A stretch of 56,026 bases of DNA from a virus (Duplodnaviria > Caudoviricetes): the IMG/VR virus record IMGVR_UViG_3300025128_000046, positions 1-56,026 of that record, one strand, 5' to 3'. Every line of letters begins with the position of its first letter. Positions within the stretch are counted from its first letter, which is position 1. Under the pieces are notes generated by a model, which was not told where the DNA came from, did no database searches, and was given only the letters and a program-made list of their open reading frames with translations. The position numbers were made by a program, and so were the translations under genes. Below are positions 18,204 to 25,461 of this stretch, piece after piece.

Positions 18204-19748
18204 TCAGAAGGTCCAATAAGTTTTTTTCTTCTCTGTTACTTCATCATCATAATGTGGGTCATCGGGGTGTACCATATGCCAAGACTCCTTCATATAGTGT
18301 ATAGCCATTGTCATGGCATCCACTTGGTCATCGTGAGCCGCATTGGGAAATCTTAGTAATTCTTCAATCAGTTCATCTGACCACTTCTTGTTATTGGGTA
18401 TCCACATTCTACCAGCTTCTATGATAGGTGAGGCCGCATATACTCTTGACACCTTATCTCTATCTGGATTGTACTCCAGTACAGGTAGTCCACCTCTACG
18501 CATATCCTGTATAAGTGATTGCCCACTGGCCTTCTTCTCCACCATACATACATCTGGCTGGTGTTCATTGTAGAGTTTCTGTGCCAGCTTTCTCAGTTCT
18601 GGATATTCAAACCTACCTCTAATGTTTCCCAACAATATCATGTGCGGTACAAAATCCTCATATCCAATCTCATCCTGATTGTACATGGAGAATATACCCC
18701 ATGTCTGTATGACACTGTAATCAGCCGTGGTCTTGGTAGAGAATGCCGTATCATAGGTTTGAACTATGAAATCACATGTTGGCGGCTCCTCATATTCCCA
18801 ATACTTGAGCCATTTCTTTTTGATGATACCACCCTCTTCTGGAGTGGGGTCTTGCATGTAGAGAGCATTCCAGTATCGGCTACCATTACTTGCTTTAATC
18901 TCGCTCTCGTCCATTCTCAGGATATCATCGCTCTTCCACTCTGGAAAATAGCTGGAGCCTACAGGGAGTCCCAAGAGTTCTGACGCATCATCGTCCACCC
19001 ACGCAGGTATTCTAATAACTTCCCACGGGATTGTTTCAAACTCTCCCATATTCTCCTGTTGTTTTAGCAACCAGCCACATAGGTCATCATAGTGGTAGCG
19101 TGTATTGATAATAACTATAGAGCCGTTGGGCATAATACGGGTTCTTAGTCCAGCAGGGTACCACTCCTTGATATATCTCCTACCTGATGCACTGATTGCG
19201 TCCTCTTCAGACATCACATCATCCAATATAGCAATATGTGCGCCCCTACCAGCTATTTGAGAGCGTACACCAGCAGCATAGTACGTCCCATTCTGGTTTG
19301 TCTTCCACTTACCAGCGGCTCTTACGTCGCTCCTTAAAGAGACTCCTTTAAATATCTTTTGAAATTCTTCTGTATTCACCACATCTCTAACAGACCGTCC
19401 AAAGTCACTGGATAACTGGTCACTATGGGATACAGTCAGTATCTCATGTTCAGGGTTCCTTCCAATATACCAAGCAGGAAAGAGTTTAGAACAGATAACA
19501 GACTTAGAAGACCGTGGTGGAAGAAATACCATCAGCCGTTTTATCTTACCAGACTCTAAATCCTTTAGTTTATCTGATATAACTTCGATATGTCTACCCA
19601 TCCTCCAATCAGATACCAGCATTGGAGCCATCATCCTAACAAATGTAATGAAATCTGTTTTAGATTGTTGATTTACTTTTTGGTCTAACAATCCTTTTAG
19701 ATTAATAAAGGGTTGTAGATACTCATTAGTGCTTTCTAGTATATTCAT
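18204..19748 (-). CDS. terL: Terminase large subunit
   Basis: Walker A PPRSSKS, Walker B AILDD, INTRYH, nuclease YDTA...DYS and HDDQVD. Probable start ATG 19748 (MNILES). Confidence 0.93.
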   Translation of the reverse strand: MNILESTNEYLQPFINLKGLLDQKVNQQSKTDFITFVRMMAPMLVSDWRMGRHIEVISDKLKDLESGKIKRLMVFLPPRSSKSVICSKLFPAWYIGRNPEHEILTVSHSDQLSSDFGRSVRDVVNTEEFQKIFKGVSLRSDVRAAGKWKTNQNGTYYAAGVRSQIAGRGAHIAILDDVMSEEDAISASGRRYIKEWYPAGLRTRIMPNGSIVIINTRYHYDDLCGWLLKQQENMGEFETIPWEVIRIPAWVDDDASELLGLPVGSSYFPEWKSDDILRMDESEIKASNGSRYWNALYMQDPTPEEGGIIKKKWLKYWEYEEPPTCDFIVQTYDTAFSTKTTADYSVIQTWGIFSMYNQDEIGYEDFVPHMILLGNIRGRFEYPELRKLAQKLYNEHQPDVCMVEKKASGQSLIQDMRRGGLPVLEYNPDRDKVSRVYAASPIIEAGRMWIPNNKKWSDELIEELLRFPNAAHDDQVDAMTMAIHYMKESWHMVHPDDPHYDDEVTEKKKTYWTF

Positions 19749-19754
19749 AGTACT

Positions 19755-19783
19755 ATTATACACTAAAAAATACTAATATGCAA
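19755..19783 (-). promoter_or_regulatory. Sigma70-type promoter of terL (probably leaderless transcript)
   Basis: Minus strand TTGCAT-N17-TATAAT(AGTA); predicted +1 coincides with ATG 19748. Confidence 0.7.
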
Positions 19784-19819
19784 ATATAATATTAATAAAA
19801 ATAATAATAATATAAATTA

Positions 19820-19839
19820 AAGTTACTTTAAAGTAACTT
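19820..19839. repeat. Perfect 20-bp palindrome in AT-rich divergence region
   Basis: AAGTTACTTT|AAAGTAACTT. Confidence 0.8.
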
Positions 19840-19959
19840 AATAGCCGCTTCTAAAAATATTTTGATTATAGACCCTTGATTTTTTGAGAATATCTGTCAG
19901 TGGTATTATATATATATAGCATGCGTGTGTGTTTTTTCCCCCTACCCCCAATGTTCTTG

Positions 19960-20270
19960 TTCTGTTCTGCCCCAAATGACTCCGTAGGAGTCCCATCTAA
20001 CTCTGTAGAAAACCCTGAAGTTCTTACGAAGGGTTTTCAAAGAGTTAGTAGGAACTTTTCAGCCAATTCTGTTGCAAATTTGTCACAGTTCCTGTGGAAA
20101 TCATCCGAAGGATGGGCAGAATGGCACAATGTCTACTCTGTAGAAACTTGGCAGAATATGTTAAGCCCTTGAGATTGTTATACAATCTAACACATTGCCT
20201 CACATTGAGCAACTACGTTGCCATGACGAGATGCAAAGCATCTTGACGAGGCTTGACAAAGCCAAGACGA
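19960..20270. other. Hairpin-dense non-coding region; probable genome terminus/origin region
   Basis: At least six short perfect inverted repeats plus one long one; lies where transcription switches strand. Confidence 0.55.
19997..20048 (+). repeat. Tandem-GA hairpin element, degenerate copy 0
   Basis: CTAACTCT..GAAAACCCT GA AGT TCTT AC GA AGGGTTTTC..AGAGTTAG. Confidence 0.6.
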
Positions 20271-20274
20271 TATA

Positions 20275-20325
20275 CTAATTAATATCTTTAGTAGAGTATC
20301 TTACGATACTAAAGAGATTAATTAG
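20275..20325 (+). repeat. Tandem-GA hairpin element, copy 1
   Basis: CTAATTAAT A TCTTTAGTA GA GTA TCT TAC GA TACTAAAGA G ATTAATTAG. Confidence 0.85.
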
Positions 20326-20360
20326 ATTATAACTTCAACCAACCAACTGGAGAACTTGTT

Positions 20361-20525
20361 ATGGATATTACCCAATTACAATTTGAAATTGACCAATTTC
20401 TAAACGGTGAGTTTGATGTATTCACAAGCTTGTGTGGCAACGGTATCGACCTTCATAACCGCTTTGGTTATGTTGCAACATACGACGACGCGGAAGATGT
20501 TTGCCACGAGCTTTTCAAAAATTAA
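20361..20525 (+). CDS. Small acidic early protein (54 aa)
   Basis: Below ORF-track cutoff. GGAG RBS; MDITQLQFEIDQFLNGEFDVF... Confidence 0.65.
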   Translation: MDITQLQFEIDQFLNGEFDVFTSLCGNGIDLHNRFGYVATYDDAEDVCHELFKN

Positions 20526-20574
20526 TTAAAAGCCCTGTAGTAGAGTTCTTACGATACTACAGGGCGTTAATTAA
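20522..20574 (+). repeat. Tandem-GA hairpin element, copy 2
   Basis: TTAATTAA AA GCCCTGTAGTA GA GT TCTT AC GA TACTACAGGGC G TTAATTAA, followed by AGGAGA. Confidence 0.85.
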
Positions 20575-20586
20575 AGGAGAAGACTA

Positions 20587-20751
20587 ATGAGTGATTTATA
20601 TAACGATTATCTCTTTGCAAAAGAGGAAGCTAAAGCTTGTGGACAAGAATTTGTTAGCTATGAAGAATGGATAGGTGAAGAAAGTCCAAAAGAAAAAGCA
20701 CAACATAAACAACAGCTTATCTATGATAATGATGAGTATGATTTATATTAA
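20587..20751 (+). CDS. Small acidic early protein (54 aa)
   Basis: Below ORF-track cutoff. AGGAGA RBS; MSDLYNDYLFAKEEAK...YDNDEYDLY. Confidence 0.65.
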   Translation: MSDLYNDYLFAKEEAKACGQEFVSYEEWIGEESPKEKAQHKQQLIYDNDEYDLY

Positions 20752-20772
20752 TTAAATATAGGAGAATTTGTT

Positions 20773-20997
20773 ATGATAGACATGGCCCCAGAAGTTTACA
20801 ACTTCAGAGCAGCAGCTACACGGTCAGCCCTGAAACTTTGGACAAAGCATGGCATAAAGCCAAATCGCTGGACTAAAATGAGAGACTTGCTAGATATAGC
20901 AACAGTTTACACTGGAGTTACTTATAAGATAAGTAAGAAAGACCAGCTTAGAGCTTTGGAAGATTTAACAAAATGGATTGAGGAATGCAAAGCATGA
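20773..20997 (+). CDS. Early hypothetical protein
   Basis: 74 aa; AGGAGA RBS. Confidence 0.7.
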   Translation: MIDMAPEVYNFRAAATRSALKLWTKHGIKPNRWTKMRDLLDIATVYTGVTYKISKKDQLRALEDLTKWIEECKA

Positions 20998-21182
20998 TTG
21001 AAAAAATAGCAGTAACATTAGGAATATTAATTGGGATATTCCTTATATTGAGTGGAACATTGCTACCCTTTGACCTCACTTTACAAGTGTTATTGAGCTT
21101 GATGGGAATGGTAATTATAGTAACTTGCACAGTCTACTTAGACTATGTGATATGTAACAACAAATACTTTGGAGATGGCTAA
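20985..21182 (+). CDS. Early two-TM membrane protein
   Basis: 65 aa; two hydrophobic helices; GAGG RBS. Confidence 0.65.
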   Translation: MQSMIEKIAVTLGILIGIFLILSGTLLPFDLTLQVLLSLMGMVIIVTCTVYLDYVICNNKYFGDG

Positions 21183-21228
21183 TTGATGCCCATAGTAGAA
21201 CTTTAGTGATACTATGGGTATCTATTAG
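21179..21228 (+). repeat. Tandem-GA hairpin element, copy 3
   Basis: CTAAT T GATGCCCATAGTA GA ACT TT AGT GA TACTATGGGTATC T ATTAG (one G-U pair). Confidence 0.85.
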
Positions 21229-21288
21229 GTATTAACAGCCTAACCCAAGCCAGTGGGGTTTGACATTGGCAACTAATCGGAGATTAAA

Positions 21289-21501
21289 ATGGAAAAAGTA
21301 TTTGATGTTTACCAAGGTAAAAAGTGGATAGAGCTAAAGCAAAAGGAAAAGGGTGACAGGTCACTTTTTGATAAAGCTGTTGAAGCTGGCAAAGCCATTC
21401 GTATTCGTGGACTAGCCAATAATGGCAAGGAGTTCTTCAAAGTCATTAAGAATGCTGACGTATTACCAGAAGGTGAGCCACTGTCGCAACGGGCAGTGTA
21501 G
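21289..21501 (+). CDS. Early hypothetical protein
   Basis: 70 aa; GGAG RBS. Confidence 0.7.
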   Translation: MEKVFDVYQGKKWIELKQKEKGDRSLFDKAVEAGKAIRIRGLANNGKEFFKVIKNADVLPEGEPLSQRAV

Positions 21502-21511
21502 TTGCTATATA

Positions 21512-21564
21512 TTAATTAAATGCCCTGTAGTAGAACTATAGTGATACTACAGGGTATTAATTAA
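21512..21564 (+). repeat. Tandem-GA hairpin element, copy 4
   Basis: TTAATTAA A TGCCCTGTAGTA GA ACT AT AGT GA TACTACAGGGTA TTAATTAA, followed by AGGAGA. Confidence 0.85.
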
Positions 21565-21576
21565 AGGAGATGAATA

Positions 21577-21735
21577 ATGGACAGCACAGTATTAGAAGTT
21601 TATGTGAGAACCTTTTTTACAACACTTAAAAGTGATGAGCCAGAATTGTACAACAAAACCATGCGTTTATTCAAAGCTGGTAAAGGTGACGTAGTACGAG
21701 ACATCATGTGGGAAGTTTTCAGCAAAGGAAAATAA
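21577..21735 (+). CDS. Early hypothetical protein (52 aa)
   Basis: Below ORF-track cutoff. AGGAGA RBS; MDSTVLEVYVRTFF... Confidence 0.6.
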   Translation: MDSTVLEVYVRTFFTTLKSDEPELYNKTMRLFKAGKGDVVRDIMWEVFSKGK

Positions 21736-21736
21736 A

Positions 21737-22330
21737 ATGTTTGCAGAACATCAACCTCTTATTAGAGAATATGCCATGCAATCAGCAGATAATACCGCTG
21801 ACGTTGGCTATTTTGTATTGGCAACAATACAACAACAGTTTAGCGTAGTGCGCGATAGCTATTGGGATATGAAAGACAAAGGGCTTGATAGTAAGTTTGC
21901 ATGGGGTAGTAAAGCCGCTGGTATGAAACGTATACAGGCAACAAAAGAAAGTATATATAAAGACATGTTTGGATATTCTCAATCCAATGCAGAACTTTTA
22001 CTAGCCATCGCGTCTATACCTGGACTGGGATTAGTAAAAGCTGGTTTTTATATTCAGCTATGCACTGGATACATGGGTTGCCTAGATGTACACAACCTAA
22101 AAAGATTTGGACTAGACAGAAAAACCTTTCTAGTACCAGAAAGTTTGAGTTGGGAGACAGCTTTAGGAAAAGCTAATATGTATTTGGAAACTATAGAAAA
22201 ATGTGGTGGCAGTGAGTACCTATGGGATAGCTGGTGCGACTACATAGCCGCGCTGTATCCAAAGAAGTTTAAAAATGGTGAGCATGTATCGCAATGCCAC
22301 GTTGATTATTTAATTAATAGGAAGGATTAA
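21737..22330 (+). CDS. HhH-GPD superfamily DNA glycosylase-like protein
   Basis: Helix-hairpin-helix IPGLGLVKAGF followed by CLDVHNL (conserved Lys and Asp in glycosylase spacing). Confidence 0.6.
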   Translation: MFAEHQPLIREYAMQSADNTADVGYFVLATIQQQFSVVRDSYWDMKDKGLDSKFAWGSKAAGMKRIQATKESIYKDMFGYSQSNAELLLAIASIPGLGLVKAGFYIQLCTGYMGCLDVHNLKRFGLDRKTFLVPESLSWETALGKANMYLETIEKCGGSEYLWDSWCDYIAALYPKKFKNGEHVSQCHVDYLINRKD

Positions 22331-22333
22331 ACA

Positions 22334-22549
22334 ATGAGCAACAAAATAACTTTTATGGAAAAAGAAATTAAAAATAAAATGGTAAGAATAAAATGGAATA
22401 GTACCACTTTAAAAAGCGTAGGTACATACATAGACGATGAAGAGAGGCCATTTTTATTTACTACATCAAGAGTTGAAATTGGCCCCAATACCGCGTATGA
22501 TATAGCAGAAGCACACTTGAAAGCAGTAGAAGACCTACTGTTAATTTAA
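22334..22549 (+). CDS. Early hypothetical protein
   Basis: 71 aa; AAGGA RBS. Confidence 0.6.
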   Translation: MSNKITFMEKEIKNKMVRIKWNSTTLKSVGTYIDDEERPFLFTTSRVEIGPNTAYDIAEAHLKAVEDLLLI

Positions 22550-22593
22550 GTAACTTAGTAGAGTATCTTACGATACTAAGTTACGTTAATTAA
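22541..22593 (+). repeat. Tandem-GA hairpin element, copy 5
   Basis: TTAATTTAA GTAACTTAGTA GA GTA TCT TAC GA TACTAAGTTAC G TTAATTAA, followed by GGAGA. Confidence 0.85.
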
Positions 22594-22603
22594 GGAGATG
22601 CCG

Positions 22604-22753
22604 ATGAGCAACCAACACAATGACGCTATCAAGGAAATGTTATTTGAAGTAGCCATGACTACATTAGTGAGCAACGGTGAGCCAGATAATGAAAAGACAG
22701 AGTTAAAAGCTATTAAAATTGTAGCCCAAGAATGGGAAAATTATGGAGACTAA
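22604..22753 (+). CDS. Early hypothetical protein (49 aa)
   Basis: Below ORF-track cutoff. AAGGAG RBS; MSNQHNDAIKEMLFE... Confidence 0.6.
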   Translation: MSNQHNDAIKEMLFEVAMTTLVSNGEPDNEKTELKAIKIVAQEWENYGD

Positions 22754-22757
22754 TAGT

Positions 22758-22910
22758 ATGTTAACACAAATAACATTGAATGACTTTGAAACTGATGAAC
22801 GCCTGATAATAAGTGAGATAGTAGTTAATAAATTAAAAGGTGTAGAAGATTTTTGGGTGGACACAAATTTTTTAACATGGCATATTGTTGTAGAAAGAGA
22901 AGGAGAATAG
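22758..22910 (+). CDS. Early hypothetical protein (50 aa)
   Basis: Below ORF-track cutoff. GGAG RBS; MLTQITLNDFETDER... Confidence 0.55.
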   Translation: MLTQITLNDFETDERLIISEIVVNKLKGVEDFWVDTNFLTWHIVVEREGE

Positions 22911-22911
22911 T

Positions 22912-23187
22912 ATGAGAAAGAAAAATCCATTTGGCAGGAGCCAATCACATGACAAACCATACGCTATTTATAAAAATAACTATGGTTGGGAGTGGCGTGT
23001 ATTAAAAACATACCAGCATCCCGATAATGAAAAGTCTAATGAGTACGCGAGGTGGTTTGTATCAGCTACCTCACCTCTAATGCACGACGGAGGTTATGAA
23101 ATGGGTGACAATTATTCTAATGAGATATTAGAAAATGCTTATCTTGAATCCTCATCACCAGAATGGAAAGAACATTATAAAAGTTAA
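22912..23187 (+). CDS. Early hypothetical protein
   Basis: 91 aa; NPFGRS..PYAIY..WEWRVLKTYQ..YARWF; AGGAG RBS. Confidence 0.75.
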   Translation: MRKKNPFGRSQSHDKPYAIYKNNYGWEWRVLKTYQHPDNEKSNEYARWFVSATSPLMHDGGYEMGDNYSNEILENAYLESSSPEWKEHYKS

Positions 23188-23309
23188 GGTGTAAGGGGGT
23201 TTCTTTAGAGTAATGGTCCTTACACCTACCTCCTATGCTACCATTACTCTTGGTTGGGTGTTTGTTAAACTACTCACTACGTTATGGCCTTGTGCTGTAG
23301 CGTAGTGAG
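23187..23309 (+). ncRNA. Putative structured RNA: H-type pseudoknot plus 16-bp hairpin
   Basis: P1 23187-23196/23218-23227 (10 bp) interleaved with P2 23207-23217/23240-23250 (11 bp); hairpin 23273-23288/23294-23309 with three G-U pairs. Confidence 0.6.
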
Positions 23310-23328
23310 GCTTTTAAAAGGGAGAGAC

Positions 23329-23652
23329 ATGTACGGTTACGGACAAAGTTCACATACGAAAAGAACAAAAGAAACTGTTACTAATTTATTTAACAAAGGT
23401 TTAAGTGCAAGAGAAGTAGCTAAACAAGCTAACAAATTATGCAAGGATGATATTTTAAATCCACTTACTAAAAATGCTGTGATAGGTATAAGAAATAGGG
23501 CTGGACAATGTGTCATAAGAAATATAGTATATGGTACATACACCCCGCGAAATAAAACTGGGGGTTACGATAAGTCTCTAGCTTTTAATGAGCATAAACA
23601 AAGACTTACCTTAGTTGAAAGACAAAAGCAAAGATTGATGAGTGTATTATGA
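23329..23652 (+). CDS. GcrA-like helix-turn-helix transcriptional regulator
   Basis: GLSAREVAKQ...TKNAVIGIRNRAG resembles the GcrA N-terminal GLSASQIA...TRNAVIGKVHRLG. Start ATG 23329 after GGGAGAG RBS. Confidence 0.65.
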   Translation: MYGYGQSSHTKRTKETVTNLFNKGLSAREVAKQANKLCKDDILNPLTKNAVIGIRNRAGQCVIRNIVYGTYTPRNKTGGYDKSLAFNEHKQRLTLVERQKQRLMSVL

Positions 23653-23822
23653 AAGCAAAAGAAAGAGACAGATGGGTGCGACACTATGACCTACATAAGT
23701 TAGCCAATAATCCTGTCAATATAGCAACAGATTGGCTGAAAGAGTGGACATGGTATCAGCATCCTGCGGAGTTTCAGAAGCTGGCTATTAAATTATTATT
23801 AAGAATTGAAGGAGATAACTAA
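23649..23822 (+). CDS. Hypothetical protein (57 aa)
   Basis: Below ORF-track cutoff. ATGA overlap; MKAKERDRWVRHYDLH... Confidence 0.55.
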   Translation: MKAKERDRWVRHYDLHKLANNPVNIATDWLKEWTWYQHPAEFQKLAIKLLLRIEGDN

Positions 23823-23923
23823 TGTTTAACAACCCTTTAACTGGATATATAGTATGTCTTGGTATTGTAGTAGCTGTTTTAGTATTGGTATATTTAAAAG
23901 TAACTGGATTTACTATCGGATAA
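23822..23923 (+). CDS. Small single-TM protein (33 aa)
   Basis: AGGAG RBS; MFNNPLTGYIVCLGIVVAVLVLVYLKVTGFTIG. Confidence 0.5.
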   Translation: MFNNPLTGYIVCLGIVVAVLVLVYLKVTGFTIG

Positions 23924-23924
23924 T

Positions 23925-24119
23925 ATGGAGATAGTGATGAGTATTTTAAACTCTAAAGGTGAACGAGTAGAAGCAGACGGATTAACAATTGAAGAACTAA
24001 AAACTTATCTTACTGAAGATATGATGATTGGTTGGGGTTCAGGATATCCAACTGCTTTTCAACAGACACATATAAATATGATTGAAGCATTATATAAAAA
24101 AGCACTACGTAAAGATTAG
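23925..24119 (+). CDS. Hypothetical protein
   Basis: 64 aa ORF; true start may be the second Met after GGAG. Confidence 0.6.
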   Translation: MEIVMSILNSKGERVEADGLTIEELKTYLTEDMMIGWGSGYPTAFQQTHINMIEALYKKALRKD

Positions 24120-24129
24120 GAGAAGACCA

Positions 24130-24378
24130 ATGAGTGATAAAACGTGGGTTATTACATGCGAATGTAGGTGGTGTAATGGCGAAGGCTATACTACTAGCAA
24201 CAACCCTAGCGAAAGAGAGGAGACATGTATAGATTGTCATGGCGAGGGCTTAGAAGTTTTTTGTGAAGAAGATTGGCGGTATGAAGATGAGCAGGGTGTG
24301 AAAGAAGATTATCAAAATATAATAACTGTAACACTTGTAGATAATACATGGGGCAGTCCAACACTAAGCATGGAGTAA
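24130..24378 (+). CDS. DnaJ-type Zn-finger small protein
   Basis: CRWCNGEG and CIDCHGEG (CxxCxGxG twice); start ATG 24130 after AGGAG. Confidence 0.7.
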   Translation: MSDKTWVITCECRWCNGEGYTTSNNPSEREETCIDCHGEGLEVFCEEDWRYEDEQGVKEDYQNIITVTLVDNTWGSPTLSME

Positions 24379-24382
24379 AGAA

Positions 24383-25105
24383 ATGTGGGCTATACATAAC
24401 GAAGATTGTTTACAAACAATGAACAATATGTTTGGTGGTCAAGTCAAAGCTACCATCACATCACCACCATACAACATGAACCTACGTATTCGTAATGGTA
24501 AGTATTGTTCAAGACAAATAGTAGAAGAAGAATTTTCTACAAAGTATTCAGACTTCCCTGATAACTTACCAATAGAGGAATACAATAAACTACATACAGA
24601 AATACTAAGAGAATTACTAAGAGTAAGTGAATTAGTATTCTATAATGTACAAGTAGTTACAGGGTCAAAGAGGTCTATCTTTAAAATGATTGGTGAGTTT
24701 GCCAATAACCTCAAGGAGATTATCGTATGGGATAAGGGATATGCACCACCAGCTATGATGACGCAGGTCATGAATAGTGTCACAGAATTTATATTAGTAT
24801 TCGATAATGATTATCCTATTAGTAGAAAGTATAGAACAGGTAGGTTTGATAGAGGTACACTGGATAATATCTGGAGAGTTAAAAGGTCTAGTAAAAGTTT
24901 CGATGGTAACAAGGCTACGTTTCCAGAGGAGCTAGTAGAAAAAATAATTTTAAACTTTACAGATGAAGGTGATGTAGTGTATGACCCTTTCAGTGGCACA
25001 GGTACTACAGGAGTAGTAGCAAATAGATTAGGAAGAGAGTTTATAGGGAGTGAAATAAATAAAGAGCTTGTAAAAATTTCAAAGAAAAGGATTGAAGATG
25101 ACTGA
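24383..25105 (+). CDS. DNA amino-methyltransferase (beta class, N4-C/N6-A), orphan
   Basis: Motif IV TSPPYN precedes motif I DPFSGTGTT; ATFPEEL; no adjacent restriction nuclease. Confidence 0.88.
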   Translation: MWAIHNEDCLQTMNNMFGGQVKATITSPPYNMNLRIRNGKYCSRQIVEEEFSTKYSDFPDNLPIEEYNKLHTEILRELLRVSELVFYNVQVVTGSKRSIFKMIGEFANNLKEIIVWDKGYAPPAMMTQVMNSVTEFILVFDNDYPISRKYRTGRFDRGTLDNIWRVKRSSKSFDGNKATFPEELVEKIILNFTDEGDVVYDPFSGTGTTGVVANRLGREFIGSEINKELVKISKKRIEDD

Positions 25106-25304
25106 GAATCTCACCTACAGAAAACTAATTCGTAACTTATTGTTTGAACATTACGATGCAGATGGCAAGACATTAGATAAAAATGTTAAAATAGAGTTGC
25201 CAAATGGTAAAGTATATGATATCATATATATGTACTCACTTGGAGAAGCAGATAATAAAGATATTATTTTAAAAGTAGATGAGGGTGTGGAAGATGAATA
25301 CTAA
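25092..25304 (+). CDS. Hypothetical protein
   Basis: 70 aa ORF overlapping neighbours. Confidence 0.6.
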   Translation: MKMTENLTYRKLIRNLLFEHYDADGKTLDKNVKIELPNGKVYDIIYMYSLGEADNKDIILKVDEGVEDEY

Positions 25305-25461
25305 TTACAAGAGGTATGAAGATATACCTGATACAGATAAAGATTATATCTTAACAGTATCTAATGTAAGTTCTATAACTGAAGTTAGTCTTTCAGATAT
25401 AAATGGTTTTTTAGATATGGTAAATAGTTCTAATGGCAAAGAAGCAAATAAAAGTTTATGA
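25279..25461 (+). CDS. Hypothetical protein
   Basis: 60 aa ORF; probable start at MNTNYK. Confidence 0.5.
   Translation: MRVWKMNTNYKRYEDIPDTDKDYILTVSNVSSITEVSLSDINGFLDMVNSSNGKEANKSL

Noticed and set aside
19900-20172. 90-aa ORF in the strand-switch region
   Set aside because: No RBS, atypical composition, and it spans the hairpin-dense non-coding tract.
20243-20281. Sigma70 promoter from TTGACA at 20253
   Set aside because: TATACT lies only 12 nt downstream and the 17-nt position gives a poor -10, so I could not support a call.
23187-23250. HDV-like/theta ribozyme or tRNA
   Set aside because: Stem order is a simple H-type pseudoknot lacking the nested P3/P1.1/P4 arrangement; no cloverleaf or T-loop motif.
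24383-25105. CcrM orthologue
   Set aside because: Catalytic motif is SPPY rather than DPPY and the protein lacks the CcrM C-terminal extension; specificity unknown.
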